A DNA stretch of 64,000 bases from Eledone cirrhosa (Eukaryota). A model generated the notes under the pieces. The model saw only the letters and a program-made list of their open reading frames with translations. It ran no database searches and was not told the origin of the DNA. Shown piece after piece: positions 23,742-36,240 of the stretch; within the stretch, counting starts at the first letter, position 1, and each line of letters starts with the position of its first letter. A program made the translations under genes and the position numbers. The stretch spans positions 106,330,001 to 106,394,000 of the forward strand of contig OZ024744.1 of the NCBI GenBank assembly GCA_964016885.1, written 5' to 3'.

Positions 23742-24078
23742 CAAAGTTTGTTTTATAAATTTTGACATAACCAAGAAAAGATACCTTAACGGTTCAAATT
23801 TTTCTTGGATAGTGAAGGGAAAAGAGAAGAAAAGTCAGATATTTCAAATTATTAAGATGAGTATGCAAATGAGGTTGAAGTATAGGGCTGAAAAAACATT
23901 ATTTTAGACGCTATGCAGAATTTAAATAATTAGGATATATATATGTATAAGTAGGAAAAAGAAAAAAAGAAAGAAGAGCTTGTATTTACGTTAATTTAAA
24001 AGGAATTAACAATTTGCGGGAATGGTAGAATATGATTCCAGAATTTAAATTTATTTAGCTATATTATGAGTTATAATA

Positions 24079-24264
24079 AGGGCGGTGGATTGGCAGTATC
24101 GGTAGAGGGTCGGACGCCATGCTTTCCAGCATAGTTACGTCCCTTTACAATCTGAGTTCAAATGCCGCCGAGGTTGACTTTGCCTTTCATCCTTACGGGG
24201 TCGATAAAATAAAGTACCAGTAATGCACTGGGTAATTGCTGGCCTTGTGCCTACAGTAGAAACA
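24079..24264 (+). mobile_element. SINE family 1, full length, 16-bp TSD
   Basis: attatgagttataata at 24063-24078 and 24265-24280. Confidence 0.93.
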
Positions 24265-25029
24265 ATTATGAGTTATAATATTGTATATATAATCAATTAG
24301 ATTATATGAAGATTATATAAAGTAGAGACAATATATTTCTAATATAAGTTACGAAGGATGTTGATTTTGTATTTTACATAAAAAAACACATAGTTCAAGT
24401 TGTAAGAGGAGAACAATTTGTAGATTCAAATATTTTGTTCCAACATTGAAAATGTTTTCAGAATATTGTTAATTTAGCGAAGTTATATAGTTTATCATAC
24501 ATATTATATTATAATATAATGTTTATTTTTGCACAATTGAAAAGGGAAAGATAACTCTAATCTTGTTTGTTAACCGTTAAATTTGATGAATGATTTACTC
24601 AGAAAATATATAGAGAAAATTATATATTATTTTGTGTGAGATTAATTTCAATTATATATTATTTTAGTCGAAAGATGTGTGAAAGTTTGAAGATCAAAAG
24701 AAGAGGAAAAAGTAACGTGCATTTCGAAGAACTATCGTAAAGAGGATAAACTTTCAGAATGTCAATTAAAGATTATCAATCTACATCTAAAAGAATATAT
24801 TTAGAGGCGTGTCATTAGGAAAATAATGTCAAAAGGTAAAAATAGTAAAAAGATATATTAAAAAATTAAAAAATTAATGTCAAATGGTAAAAATAGTAGA
24901 AATATTAAAAATATTAAGAAGGAAGATCATTTAAAAAAATTTAAATTTAAATTTTTTAAGAAAATAGGATCATTTTGAAGGTGTATAAGATATAGTCAAG
25001 TGTAATGAATATCATAAATTAAAAATACT

Positions 25030-25680
25030 TCTGAAAGTGGAATTTTGGCGATGTCTGCAAGTAGAAAATAATTCTGTTTTAAGATTAATAGAGTTTTGAC
25101 AGTTAATTATATAAAAAAAAATTCTTCGATACACAAGTTACAGAATCTTGAGAAAGCCATATTTCGGTATGCAGGTGCTTTCGAAATCGTTCCCCAAGAT
25201 ATTGAATAGTCTATATTGTTGTCTTTTAAGTTCCAAATTAAATGTGAAAGTGAAGTGGAAGATTTTTTATCGGATCTATTAAATGTGTGTTTATGGTTAT
25301 ACCAGCGTTCTTTGAATTTTATAGAAGTGGCGCCAATATAGTTAAATACTTTGTCTCTAGTTTTAACTGTGCATTTATAAATTACGTTTTTGTCTAAGCA
25401 ATTATTTTGTAAAGGGCAGTTTGATTTAATTCTACAGTTACATTTTCTGGAGTTGTTGTTGTTCGGAACGGTACTATTTTTCTGAATATTGTTGTTAGAA
25501 ATATTATTATTGCTATCTTAGTTAGTTTGGTTAGGGCTTAAATTTAATTTTCTATTATTAATTCTATTTATATTTTGTGCTATGTTCATAGTAGTAGAGT
25601 AAGATAGTGTTATAGTGTGTCTGTTAAAAATATCTGTGGGCTTTAGGAAAACATTTATCTAGTGCTTTAAAACATTTTCT
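25030..25680 (-). pseudogene. Penelope-like element GIY-YIG endonuclease remnant
   Basis: ALDKCFPK, TLSYSTTMN, KCNCRIKSNCPLQNNCLDKNVIYKCTV, YIGATSIKFKERWYNHKHTF, STSLSHLIWNLK, CNLCIEE, TCRHR. Confidence 0.88.
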
Positions 25681-25867
25681 GAGCCATATGATACAATTCA
25701 ATATAATAAAGAGAGATAAACAGAGATATATACATTTCTGTGTACAAATCATAAGGGACCTATATCACTAGGGTGAATAAGATACTAACTATGAACAATA
25801 CAGTTTGCCAGACACTGTTAAAAGAATAAATTAAGAAATAGTACAAACCGAATCGTGAAAACTATCA

Positions 25868-25945
25868 ACATCCAGACAGTCTTTGGTAAAACTGTTTCAC
25901 ATCAAGTGAAGGGAATTACCAATTATATTGCTCTTCAGTGGATGT
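25868..25945 (-). ncRNA. Type I hammerhead ribozyme motif with GUC cleavage triplet
   Basis: acatcca-CTGAAGA-gc...gt-GAAA-cagtttt-acca-aagactg-TC-tggatgt: 7-bp stem I, 7-bp stem III, weak stem II. Confidence 0.8.
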
Positions 25946-26233
25946 AAAAATTAGTAGACCTTTCACTTCTGGGTTTCTTAGAAGACTAAATGAAGCGCGT
26001 GTTTAGAAAAATGTACGTGGCATCCAGAGCCTAGCGTGTCTCATAAACGTATGCTGCTAAAAATAGCAGCCTGGTTCATTCGACAATTATTAAGCTCTAC
26101 AAAATTCAAGGAACCATATTTATCAAAAGTATATGCTGAGTTAGGAACTCAGAATAGTCCCTTACAAATAAAATAGCTTGAGGAAAAAAATGTTCCTACC
26201 CGTGTAATATAATAAATTATATATATATATATA

Positions 26234-26326
<93 letters not shown>

Positions 26327-26327
26327 T

Positions 26328-27560
26328 ACTGATCCTCCACTGATTCGGGGCAACTCCTTTCTCCAGTGCCCGGTTACAGAACCCCAGGATGATATCATCA
26401 AAATCATACCTCTTCATCACCTCTGATGCCACTCCATCTTCTCCATGAGCCTTGCCCTCCTTGATCCTCTTCTTGGCTCTCTGAAGCTCCTCTCTGGTGA
26501 AGGGCTCTGTCTCAATATCCAGTTCCTCAAACAGCCGCCTGATCTCCCCAGTGCTCTGGGCTGTGGAGGGTGGCTCTCCTAGTAGGGTCCTAAAATGGTC
26601 TAGCCATTTCCTTTTCCTATCCTCAGGCCCCGTTCCCTGGATCTGACTCGAACACCTTCTCTTCCTCCTAGGGAGATACATTGGCTCCCTACCTTTTTAT
26701 GATCGTAGTGGACTATTGTATGCGCCTTGCACTGGAGAAACACCAGGACTCTGGCTTTACTGTAGCACCAGCTCAGAGCAGGAGAGTTAAGGCGAAAAGG
26801 GTATCGGGTGCTGAATTTGCCAACGACATAGTTTTGGTGACAAATACAGTGAAGGAGGCAGAGGATTTGATGCGGGAGGTTGAGACTGTGTCGATGAGTG
26901 TGGGGCTGAGAATGAATGAGACTAAAACAAAATATCTGGTAGAGAATGTTGAGAAGCCAGAGGGGATCACTAATGTAGGCGGGAAGCCGCTAGAATTGGT
27001 TGAGGGCTTCCTGTATTTGGGAGCAAAGATTAGGAATACGGAAGATGATGTGGTTGAGAGGAAGAGCAAAGCCTGGGCAGCGTGCCACAGTTTGAGATCG
27101 GTGTGGAAGTCGGACCTTCGTAAAGACCTGAAAATCCGCCTCTTCATTGCTGTAGTGGAGTCTGTGCTGCTGTATGGGTCTGAGACTTGGACACTGACCA
27201 AGAAACTCACTCAGATGGTGGATGGGTGCTACATGAGAATGCTGAGGATGGCTCTGAACATTAATCAGTATACACTGAGGATGAAAAACTCAGAGCTGTA
27301 TGGAAGCCTCCCAAAAGATCAGCTCAAAAGTGACGCAGAGGAGACTGAGGTTAGTTGGACATGCTCACCGACATCCAGAGTTGACATTGCACTCAGTGCT
27401 CCTGTGGGAGCCTAGAAGAGGAAGACCAAGGTTAACGTATGTTGATGCCCTAAGGACAGACACTGGTCTGTTGGAGACGCAGGACATAGCAGCGATAATG
27501 AGGGACAGAGACCGCTGGAGAGAACTCGTCCATGGATCTCGGGAATTTTACCCCCCTTAG
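26328..27560. mobile_element. RTE-like LINE with 5' inversion (26328-26680 minus; 26681-27560 plus), between (TA)n tracts
   Basis: Minus part: pre-RT region (PFTREEL..KAHGEDG..PNQWR); plus part: LAPYLF, EFANDI, FLYLG, SVLLYGSETW, RRGRP to the 3' end. Confidence 0.88.
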
Positions 27561-27829
27561 ATAGATATATATATATATACAATAAAGAGAGACAAACACA
27601 GATATATACATATATGTGTTCAAATCACAAGGGACAAAAACCACCTTACAGTGTGAGCTGGGACTTTGGTGGGGGAGGTGTGTGGCGACTGGGGGGGGGG
27701 GGGGGCGACGTACGTGGTATTTGAGCATGTGTGAGGGGTGGAGAGATAGGACGTGGGAATTATGTGGCGGGAGGTGGGATGGAGCAGAGAAGATGTGTGC
27801 TCCAAATGTAAACTACGGGTACACAAGAG

Positions 27830-29185
27830 ATGTATGGGATCTCAGGAAGTTTAGCTAAGAATGTAGGCTTTACATGTAGCATTTGCACTGGGGCAGTAAG
27901 CAACAAACAGCCACAGGAAACAAGCACTACCAAACTCTGGAAGGGTTCTGTAGAAACAGTAGACACCTTCTGCTATGCAGGTGACCTAATTAGCACTGGA
28001 GGTGGGTGTTCGGAAAGTACAGTAACCAGGGTAAGAACGGGATGGAAGAAGTTCAGGGAGCTACTACCACTGAAAGCCACAAAAGGCTTTTCCCTCAAAA
28101 TGAAAGGCAGACTGTATGATGTGTGTATACGAACAGCAATGTTACATGGTAGTGAGACCTGGGTGTTGTGTGTAGAAGGGCTTGCGTAGATTGGACAGAA
28201 ATGAAGCTTGCTCCAATGGATGTGTAATAGTAATATACGTGAACAGCAAAGCATAAACAGAGAGAGAAACTAGGCATGAGAGGAATCCAATGTTGTGTGC
28301 AGAAGAGGAGGTTGCATTGGTATGGACATGTGATGCGTATGAAGGATGGCAGAGTGCTCAAAGTTGATGGAAGCCTTGGAGTGGAGAGACCCAAGAAGAC
28401 CTGGGATGAGGTGATAAAAGCCGACCTTGCACAATTGCACCTTTCAAAGGCGATGACACAGGACTGAGATCTCTGGCGTTGTGGAGTATTATTGAAGACG
28501 AGACTTTCCATGGGCACAGGCTGAGACTGAAGCATATATAGTATACACCACCCCACCCAACCCACTCCCATACATCTCTCATGAGGACAGGCTGAAGTAT
28601 ACATCTATTGAAGCCTCCAGCCGACGCTGTAAAGTAGTTGTGTAGATGTCACAACAAAAAGTACCCAGCCCACGCTGTAAAGTAGTTGTGTAGATGTCAC
28701 AACAAAAAGTACCCAGCCCACGCTGTAAAGTAGTTGTGTAGATGTCACAACAAAAAGTACCCAGCCCACGCTGTAAAGTAGTTGTGTAGATGTCACAACA
28801 AAAAGTACCCAGCCCACGTTGTAAAGTAGTTGTGTAGATGTCACAACAAAAAGTACCCAGCCCACGCTGTAAAGTAGTTGTGTAGATGTCACAACAAAAA
28901 GTACCCAGCCCACGTTGTAAAGTAGTTGTGTAGATGTCACAACAAAAAGTACCCAGCCCACGTTGTAAAGTAGTTGTGTAGATGTCACAACAAAAAGTAC
29001 CCAGCCCACGCTGTAAATGAGGTTGGTGCTAGGAAGGACATCCAGCTGTAGAAACCAAGCTAAAATCATTTCTGTATGAGCAAGACATGATCACCTGACC
29101 TGGTATTGCCCGCAACAGAACAACTCATCTAGCCCATGCCAACATCGAAAAAAAGGCGTTAAACGATGGCGATGGTGATGATGAT
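27830..29185 (+). mobile_element. RTE-family LINE 3' portion with 3' UTR and (GAT)n tail
   Basis: VDTFCY.GD, RTGWKKFRELLPL, MLHGSETW, RLHWYGHVMRM, RPKKTW; tail ..ggcgttaaacgatggcgatggtgatgatg. Confidence 0.88.
28617..29016. repeat. 48-bp tandem repeat (~8 copies) inside the RTE 3' UTR
   Basis: cagcccacgctgtaaagtagttgtgtagatgtcacaacaaaaagtacc. Confidence 0.95.
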
Positions 29186-29458
29186 TTCTGTCTCAAAGAT
29201 GAAGGCAAAGTGAGATTGTTTTTGAAATTCATAGAAATAACTAGTAAAATCTATGCAAGAATTGCTGTTAAAACAGGCAAATGTTGTCGATGAGAGTATG
29301 TAAGCTGGGTAAAAATATCTCAGAGGAGAGGAATTAGTGGTCTGTGGTTGGTAAAGAGAAAAGTAAAGCTGTGTAGTGAGTGAAAAGCAAATGAAACATA
29401 GTAAAGATTGAGAGAGAAGGAGATGTGTATGGGCAGATAGAAGTGACAGGAAGAAAGA

Positions 29459-31705
29459 AGTCCTTGGGTGTCTTTTTGTTTGGGGTCATTGGGTTTAAAA
29501 CCCCCACTTGGTCCTTGGGTGTCTTTTTGTTTGGGGTCATTGGGTTTAAACCCCCACTTGGTCCTTGGGTGTCTTTTGTCTTGGGTCATTGGGTTTAAAA
29601 CCCCCACTTGGTCTTTGGGTGTCTTTTGTTTGGGGTCATTGAGTTTAAAAACCCCACTTGGTCCTTGGGTGTCTTTTGTCTTGGGTCATTGGGTTTAAAA
29701 GCCCCACTTGGTCTTTGGGTGTCTTTTTGTTTGAGGTCATTGGATTTAAAACCCCCACTTGGTCCTTGGGTGTCTTTTGTCTTAGATCATTGGGTTTAAA
29801 ACCCCCACTTGGTCTTTGGGTGTCTTTTTGTTTGGGGTCATTGGGTTTAAAACCCCCACTTGGTCTTTGGGTGTCTTTTTGTTTGGGGTCATTGGGTTTA
29901 AAACCCCCACTTGGTCTTTGGGTGTCTTTTGTCTTGGGTCATTGGGTTTAAAACCCCCACTTGGTCTTTGGGTGTCTTTTGTTTGGGGTCATTGGATTTA
30001 AAACCCCCACTTGGTCCTTGGGTGTCTTTTGTCTTAGGTCATTGGGTTTAAAACCCCCACTTGGTCTTTGGGTGTCTTTTTGTTTGGGGTCATTGGGTTT
30101 AAAACACCCACTTGGTCTTTGGGTGTCTTTTTGTTTGGGGTCATTGGGTTTAAAACCCCCACTTGGTCCTTGGGTGTCTTTTGTCTTGGGTCATTGGGTT
30201 TAAAACCCCCACTTGGTCTTTGGGTGTATTTTTGTTTGGGGTCATTGGGTTTAAAACCCCCACTTGGTCCTTGGGTGTCTTTTGTCTTGGGTCATTGGGT
30301 TTAAAACCCCTACTTGGTCTTTGGGTGTCTTTTTGTTTGGGGTCATTGGATTTAAAACCCCCACTTGGTCTTTGGGTGTCTTTTTGTTTGGGGGTCATTG
30401 GATTTAAAACACCCACTTGGTCTTTGGGTGTCTTTTGTCTTAGGTCATTGGGTTTAAAACCCCCACTTGATCTTTGGGTGTCTTTTTGTTTGGGGTCATT
30501 GGGTTTAAAACCCCCCACTTGGTCTTTGGGTGTCTTTTTGTTTGGGGTCATTGGGTTTAAAACCCCCACTTGGTCTTTGGGTGTCTTTTGTCTTGGGTCA
30601 TTGGGTTTAAAACCCCCACTTGGTCTTTGGGTGTCTTTTTGTTTGGGGTCATTGGGTTTAAAACCCCCACTTGGTCTTTGGGTGTCTTTTTTTTGGGGGT
30701 CATTGGGTTTAAAACCCCCACTTGGTCTTTGGGTGTATTTTTGTTTGGGGTCATTGGGTTTAATACCCCCACTTGGTCCTTGGGTGTCTTTTGTCTTGGG
30801 TCATTGGGTTTAAAACCCCCACTTGGTCTTTGGGTGTCTTTTGTCTTGGGTCATTGGGTTTAAAAGCCCCACTTGGTCTTTGGGTGTCTTTTTGTTTGAG
30901 GTCATTGGATTTAAAACCCCCACTTGGTCCTTGTGTGTCTTTTGTCTTAGGTCATTGGGTTTAAAACCCCCCACTTGGTCTTTGGGTGTCTTTTTGTCTT
31001 AGGTCATTGGGTTTAAAACCCCCACTTGGTCTTTGGGTGTCTTTTGTCTTGGATCATTGGGTTTAAAACCTCCACTTGGTCTTTGGGTGTCTTTTGTCTT
31101 GGGTCATTGGGTTTAAAACCCCCACTTGGTCTTTGGGTGTCTTTTTGTTTGGGGGTCATTGGATTTAAAACACCCACTTGGTCTTTGGGTGTCTTTTGTC
31201 TTAGGTCATTGGGTTTAAAACCCCCACTTGATCTTTGGGTGTCTTTTTGTTTGGGGTCATTGGGTTTAAAACCCCCCCACTTGGTCTTTGGGTGTCTTTT
31301 TGTTTGGGGTCATTGGGTTTAAAACCCCCACTTGGTCTTTGGGTGTCTTTTGTCTTGGGTCATTGGGTTTAAAACCCCCACTTGGTCTTTGGGTGTCTTT
31401 TTGTTTGGGGTCATTGGATTTAAAACCCCCACTTGGGCCTTGGGTGTCTTTTGTCTTAGGTCATTGGGTTTAAAACCCCCACTTGGTCTTTGGGTGTCTT
31501 TTTGTTTGGGGTCATTGGGCTTAAAACCCCCACTTGGTCTTTGGGAGTCTTTTTGTTTGGGGTCATTGGATTTAAAACCCCCACTTGGTTTTGGGTGGCT
31601 TTTGTCTTGGGTCATTGGGTTTAAAACCCCCACTTGGTCTTTGGGTGTCTTTTTGTTTGGGGTCATTGGGTTTAAAACCCCCACTTGGGCCTTAGGTGTC
31701 TTTTG
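29459..31705. repeat. 50-51-bp minisatellite, roughly 44 copies
   Basis: gtctttgggtgtctttttgtttggggtcattgggtttaaaacccccacttg, with two alternating length variants. Confidence 0.97.
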
Positions 31706-31890
31706 CAGAGTGAACTTTGTTGTAAATATCCTTGCCAAGTCTTTAGAAGATAACTTCCTCCCTTCCTCCTACCAGTCTTAAGACCTTTGTAAAATAAAAT
31801 AGTCAGGAACCCTCTACCTTTCCCTCATGTAGATATGTTACTCAAGCAACAAAGATGTTGAATAAACAGTTTTCAATGTAAGTTTCAACT

Positions 31891-33423
31891 AATGATCAGA
31901 AAAACACAAAAATATACAAAATATAAATACGTGTTTATAGAAAGGAACAGGCATATCATGTTTTTTAAACAATGTCATGGATTGGCACCACAAGTCTTTT
32001 AAAACAGTGTCATGTCATGGATTGGCACCACAAGTTTTTTATGTCATGGATTGGCAACCACAAGTTTTTTATGTCATGGATTGGCAACCACAAGTTTTTT
32101 ATGTCATGGATTGGCAACCACAAGTCTTTTATGTCATAGATTGGCACCACAACTTTTTTATGTCATGGATTGGCACCACAACTTTTTTATGTCATGGATT
32201 GGTACCACAAGTATTTTAAAACAGTGTCATGTCATTGATTTGCCACAACAAGTTTTTTAAAATAGTATCATGTCATGGATTGGCACCACAAGTCTTTTAA
32301 ATATGGATTGGCCCGCACAAGTTTTTTAAACAATGTCATGGATTGGCCCGTGCAAGTTTTTTAAACAATGTCATGGATTGGCACCACAAGTTTTTTAAAC
32401 AATGTCATGGATTGGCACCACAAGTTTTTTAAACAATGTCATGGATTGGCACCACAAATTTTTAAAACAATGTCATGGATTGGCACCACAAGTTTTTTAA
32501 ACAATGTCATGGATTGGCTCCACAAGTTTTTTAAACAATGTCATGGATTGGCACCACAAGTTTTTTAAACAATGTCATGGATTGGCTCCACATGTTTTTT
32601 AAACAATGTCATGGATTGGCACCACAAGTTTTTTAAACAATGTCATGGATTGGCTCCACAAGTTTTTTAAACAATGTCATGGATTGGCACCACAAGTTTT
32701 TTAAACAATGTCATGGATTGGCACCACAAGTTTTTTAAACAATGTCATGGATTGGCTCCACAAGTTTTTAAAACAATGTCATGGATTGGCACCACAAGTT
32801 TTTAAAACAATGTCATGGATTGGCACCACAAGTTTTTTAAACAATGTCATGGATTGGCACCACAAGTTTTTTAAACAATGTCATGGATTGGCTCCACAAG
32901 TTTTTAAAACAATGTCATGGATTGGCACCACAAGTTTTTAAAACAATGTCATGGATTGGCACCACAAGTTTTTTAAACAATGTCATGGATTGGCACCACA
33001 AGTTTTTAAAACAATGTCATGGATTGGCTCCACAAGTTTTTAAAACAATGTCATGGATTGGCACCACAAGTTTTTAAAACAATGTCATGGATTGGCACCA
33101 CAAGTTTTTAAAACAATGTCATGGATTGGCACCACAAGTTTTTAAAACAATGTCATGGATTGGCACCACAAGTTTTTAAAACAATGTCATGGATTGGCAC
33201 CACAAGTTTTTTAAACAATGTCATGGATTGGCACCACAAGTTTTTAAAACAATGTCATGGGTTGGCACCACAAGTTTTTTAAACAATGTCATGGATTGGC
33301 ACCACAAGTTTTTTAAAACAGTATATCTAGATACATTGTTTGAAAAATTTGTGGTGTCAATCCATGACATGCCTGTTCCTTTCTATAACACATGTATTTA
33401 TTTTTTGTGTTTTTCTGATCATT
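31891..33423. mobile_element. Foldback (hairpin) element whose left arm contains a 34-bp minisatellite (~31972-33320)
   Basis: aatgatcagaaaaacacaaaaa..tatagaaaggaacaggcat (31891-31955) is inverted at ~33368-33423; a single inverted copy of the 34-bp unit lies at ~33334-33370; palindromic centre tatctagata. Confidence 0.85.
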
Positions 33424-33560
33424 TCTATAAAAGCTAATCATAAATAAGGTAATTTCAGACATGCCGTAACAAGCTATGTTGTGACAAAACATTTACACAA
33501 ATATGATAAGATTTGTGTAAAATATCAATTGTTCCTATCAATATAGACATATCTAACAGC

Positions 33561-33633
<73 letters not shown>

Positions 33634-33773
33634 TCTCTCCCTCTCTCTCCCTCTCTCTCTTTCTCTCTCTCAATCACCACACCTTATTCTGCTTAGCATT
33701 AGCACGCTTTACTGTCCTAAATGAGAAACATGATTTATGAGTCGATTGCTAGCTATCTATTGCATATCAATAT

Positions 33774-33862
<89 letters not shown>

Positions 33863-33939
33863 TATACATATATATTCACACACACACACATATATATATA
33901 TAAGAGTTATTGGAGCAGTCAATACATTTAAAAACCAAA

Positions 33940-34064
33940 CTTTACTTCTTACATGGTGTTTCATTTATACAATATCGAATAACAGTTCACACATATTTTG
34001 TGCGTGTACACACACATATACATTGTTCTTAATGATATTAGTATAGAATCTTCAGAGAAGAAAG
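33940..34064 (-). ncRNA. Hammerhead-like motif with very long stem II, in an inverted-repeat pair (partner 34215-34340, plus strand)
   Basis: ctttcttct-CTGAAGA-ttctatac.taatatc...gatattgtataaat-GAAA-caccatg-TA-agaagtaaag; the partner has GAAA-cactgtg-TA-agaag. Confidence 0.6.
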
Positions 34065-34492
34065 AATTGTTAATATTGGTGTTTGAAGTTAGTCCAACTA
34101 ATCTTTCCTTGGATAAAAATTCCTTTAAAGGATAGGTAAATAGACGACAGAGGGCATAATTTAGGACGATGAGTTCAAATAGGCCCAATTTATAAATAAA
34201 AATGGTGCTATTTTTATAATATCATTAACAACAATATATATGTGTTTGTACACGCACAAAATATGTGTGAACTGTTACTAGTTATTGTATAGATGAAACA
34301 CTGTGTAAGAAGTAAAGTTTAGTTTTTAAATGTATTGCCTTCTTCACCATTTATTCTTATTATATTTGCTCTGCTTACCTTCTGCTCTTAATCTTCATTA
34401 AATATTAACCTTTCTATAATATTTAACACTGCACCCCTAAACATTGAGCACACTTTGTTTCGACTATTGGTGTCTAGTATAGTGTATCACTG

Positions 34493-34526
<34 letters not shown>

Positions 34527-34734
34527 CATTCTTATGAATCATATCTCTTCATTATATATATATATATATAATTGGATATTTAGTAAAATCGAATCTCTGG
34601 CTCGGCCTACTTATGAGGTGATGAATTAGCAAAGCACTCGATAAGTTAGGTCCTTAGAGTAACTTTGCATATATATAACAAAATACACCCCGTCCCACCA
34701 CCCCCACCCCCACCCCATCCACACCACCCCGTTC

Positions 34735-35036
34735 TATGTAAAGTTATGTTGGTGCCGCGCCATCCAGGCCGAAACAAATGAGATCGTGTAGGTGTCACGA
34801 CAAAAAAACACACAGTCCACGCTGTAATGTGGCCGTGTAGGCAACACGGTAAAAACCTCCCAGACCCACACTGTAAATGTGGTTGGTGTTAGGAAGGGCA
34901 TCCAGCTGTAGAAAACCTGCCAGACAGTCCTATGCGAGCAAGACAACCACTCTTGCCTCAAGTGGGACTACCCCCGTCCAAACCCATGCAAGCGTGGAAC
35001 ACGGACGTTAAACGTTGATGATGATGATGATGATGA
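34735..35036 (+). mobile_element. RTE-related 3' UTR/tail fragment ending (GAT)n
   Basis: gttggtgttaggaagggcatccagctgtagaaa...ggacgttaaacgttgatgatgat. Confidence 0.75.
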
Positions 35037-35379
35037 TATATATATATATATGTATAATCCTTATCAAGTTTTCTTCTTCGGATTTTGGATTTCATAATTA
35101 TTATAACTATATATATATATCATCTTCATCTTAATCATGATCATCATTATTTAATGTCTGGTTTCCATACCAACAAGGATTAGAGACCAAGTCAGTACTC
35201 AAGGGGAGCTACTGACCTCACAGAGTGGCTAGGAGTTTCTATCTCACTTATATATGGTCCCATGTTCTATTGAGTGCATTATATTGTGACACCAGTACTA
35301 AAGAGTTTGTCATATCTTTGACATAACTGGAAGGTCCCCCAACCCTTTGTTTTGCAAGCTTTCTACAGCTGTATGCCAA

Positions 35380-35600
35380 AACTATAGAAGCTCGTACATT
35401 GGAAGTACTGTCCAGATGTTACACATATGGATCAAAGAAGACATAACCATTGGTGCTTCCTCTATCAAAAGACACCAGCAGGAATGCTGCAACTGAGAGA
35501 TAATGGCATCAAAGAGGAATGTGGGGAATCTACAAATTAAAGAAACTTTCATTATAAACATGCATAAGCCATTCATCAACAAAGATGAGAGCTACATGGA
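35380..35600 (+). pseudogene. Penelope-like GIY-YIG remnant (different subgroup)
   Basis: SSYIGSTVQMLHIWIKE ... LQIKETFIINMHKPFINKDE. Confidence 0.6.
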
Positions 35601-35914
35601 GTAAGTGGCTGTTATAATTGGCCTGTACTTGTACACTCCGTCCAATGGTCAGTCACACACATAACACAGGAAAAGTTTTTCTGCTTTCATCACCCATCAT
35701 TTGAAAAGAAGGACTTTATCTTAAAATGTCATGAAGACATATATTGAGTAAAAACATTATTTTGTTTTGTTTTGTCATTCTTTTTACTCCAGTTCGATAT
35801 ATATATTTCTGATTTCATTGAACCAGCTTTCCAAACACCATATTTCTTTATTACATATCTCACAATGTTTTATTGAAACTATACCATTAAATTTTAATGA
35901 AATAGAATTACACC

Positions 35915-36240
35915 CATCATCATCATCATCATCATTTTATTTTACGTCCACATTTTCCCTGCTTGCAAGGGTGGGATGGGAACTGATTCTGGCTTGATTT
36001 CTACAGCTGGATGCCCTTCCTAACACCAACCTCATTTACAGTGAGTGCTGGGTGCTTTTTTGCCGTGGCACCTCCACGACCACTTTGCAGTGGAATTATA
36101 GGGACCCCAGTCCCTATCATCTCATTTCTACAGCTGAGTAAACTGGAGCAATGTGAAATAAAGTGTCTTGCTCAAGGAAACAACACATCACCCGGTCTGA
36201 GAATTGAACTCACAAGGAAACAACACATCACCCGGTCTGG
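35915..36240 (-). mobile_element. SINE family 2, head-truncated, with a short terminal duplication
   Basis: Same sequence as 47007-47350; caaggaaacaacacatcacccggtctg duplicated. Confidence 0.85.

Noticed and set aside
24079-24180. tRNA gene
   Set aside because: A/B boxes are present but continue into a SINE body with TSDs and many dispersed copies; no cloverleaf.
34603-34652. Degenerate hammerhead (ggccta-CTTATGA...GATA..taggtc)
   Set aside because: Two core mismatches and a poor stem III; not distinguishable from chance without homologs. The same applies to motifs near 42220 and 45850.
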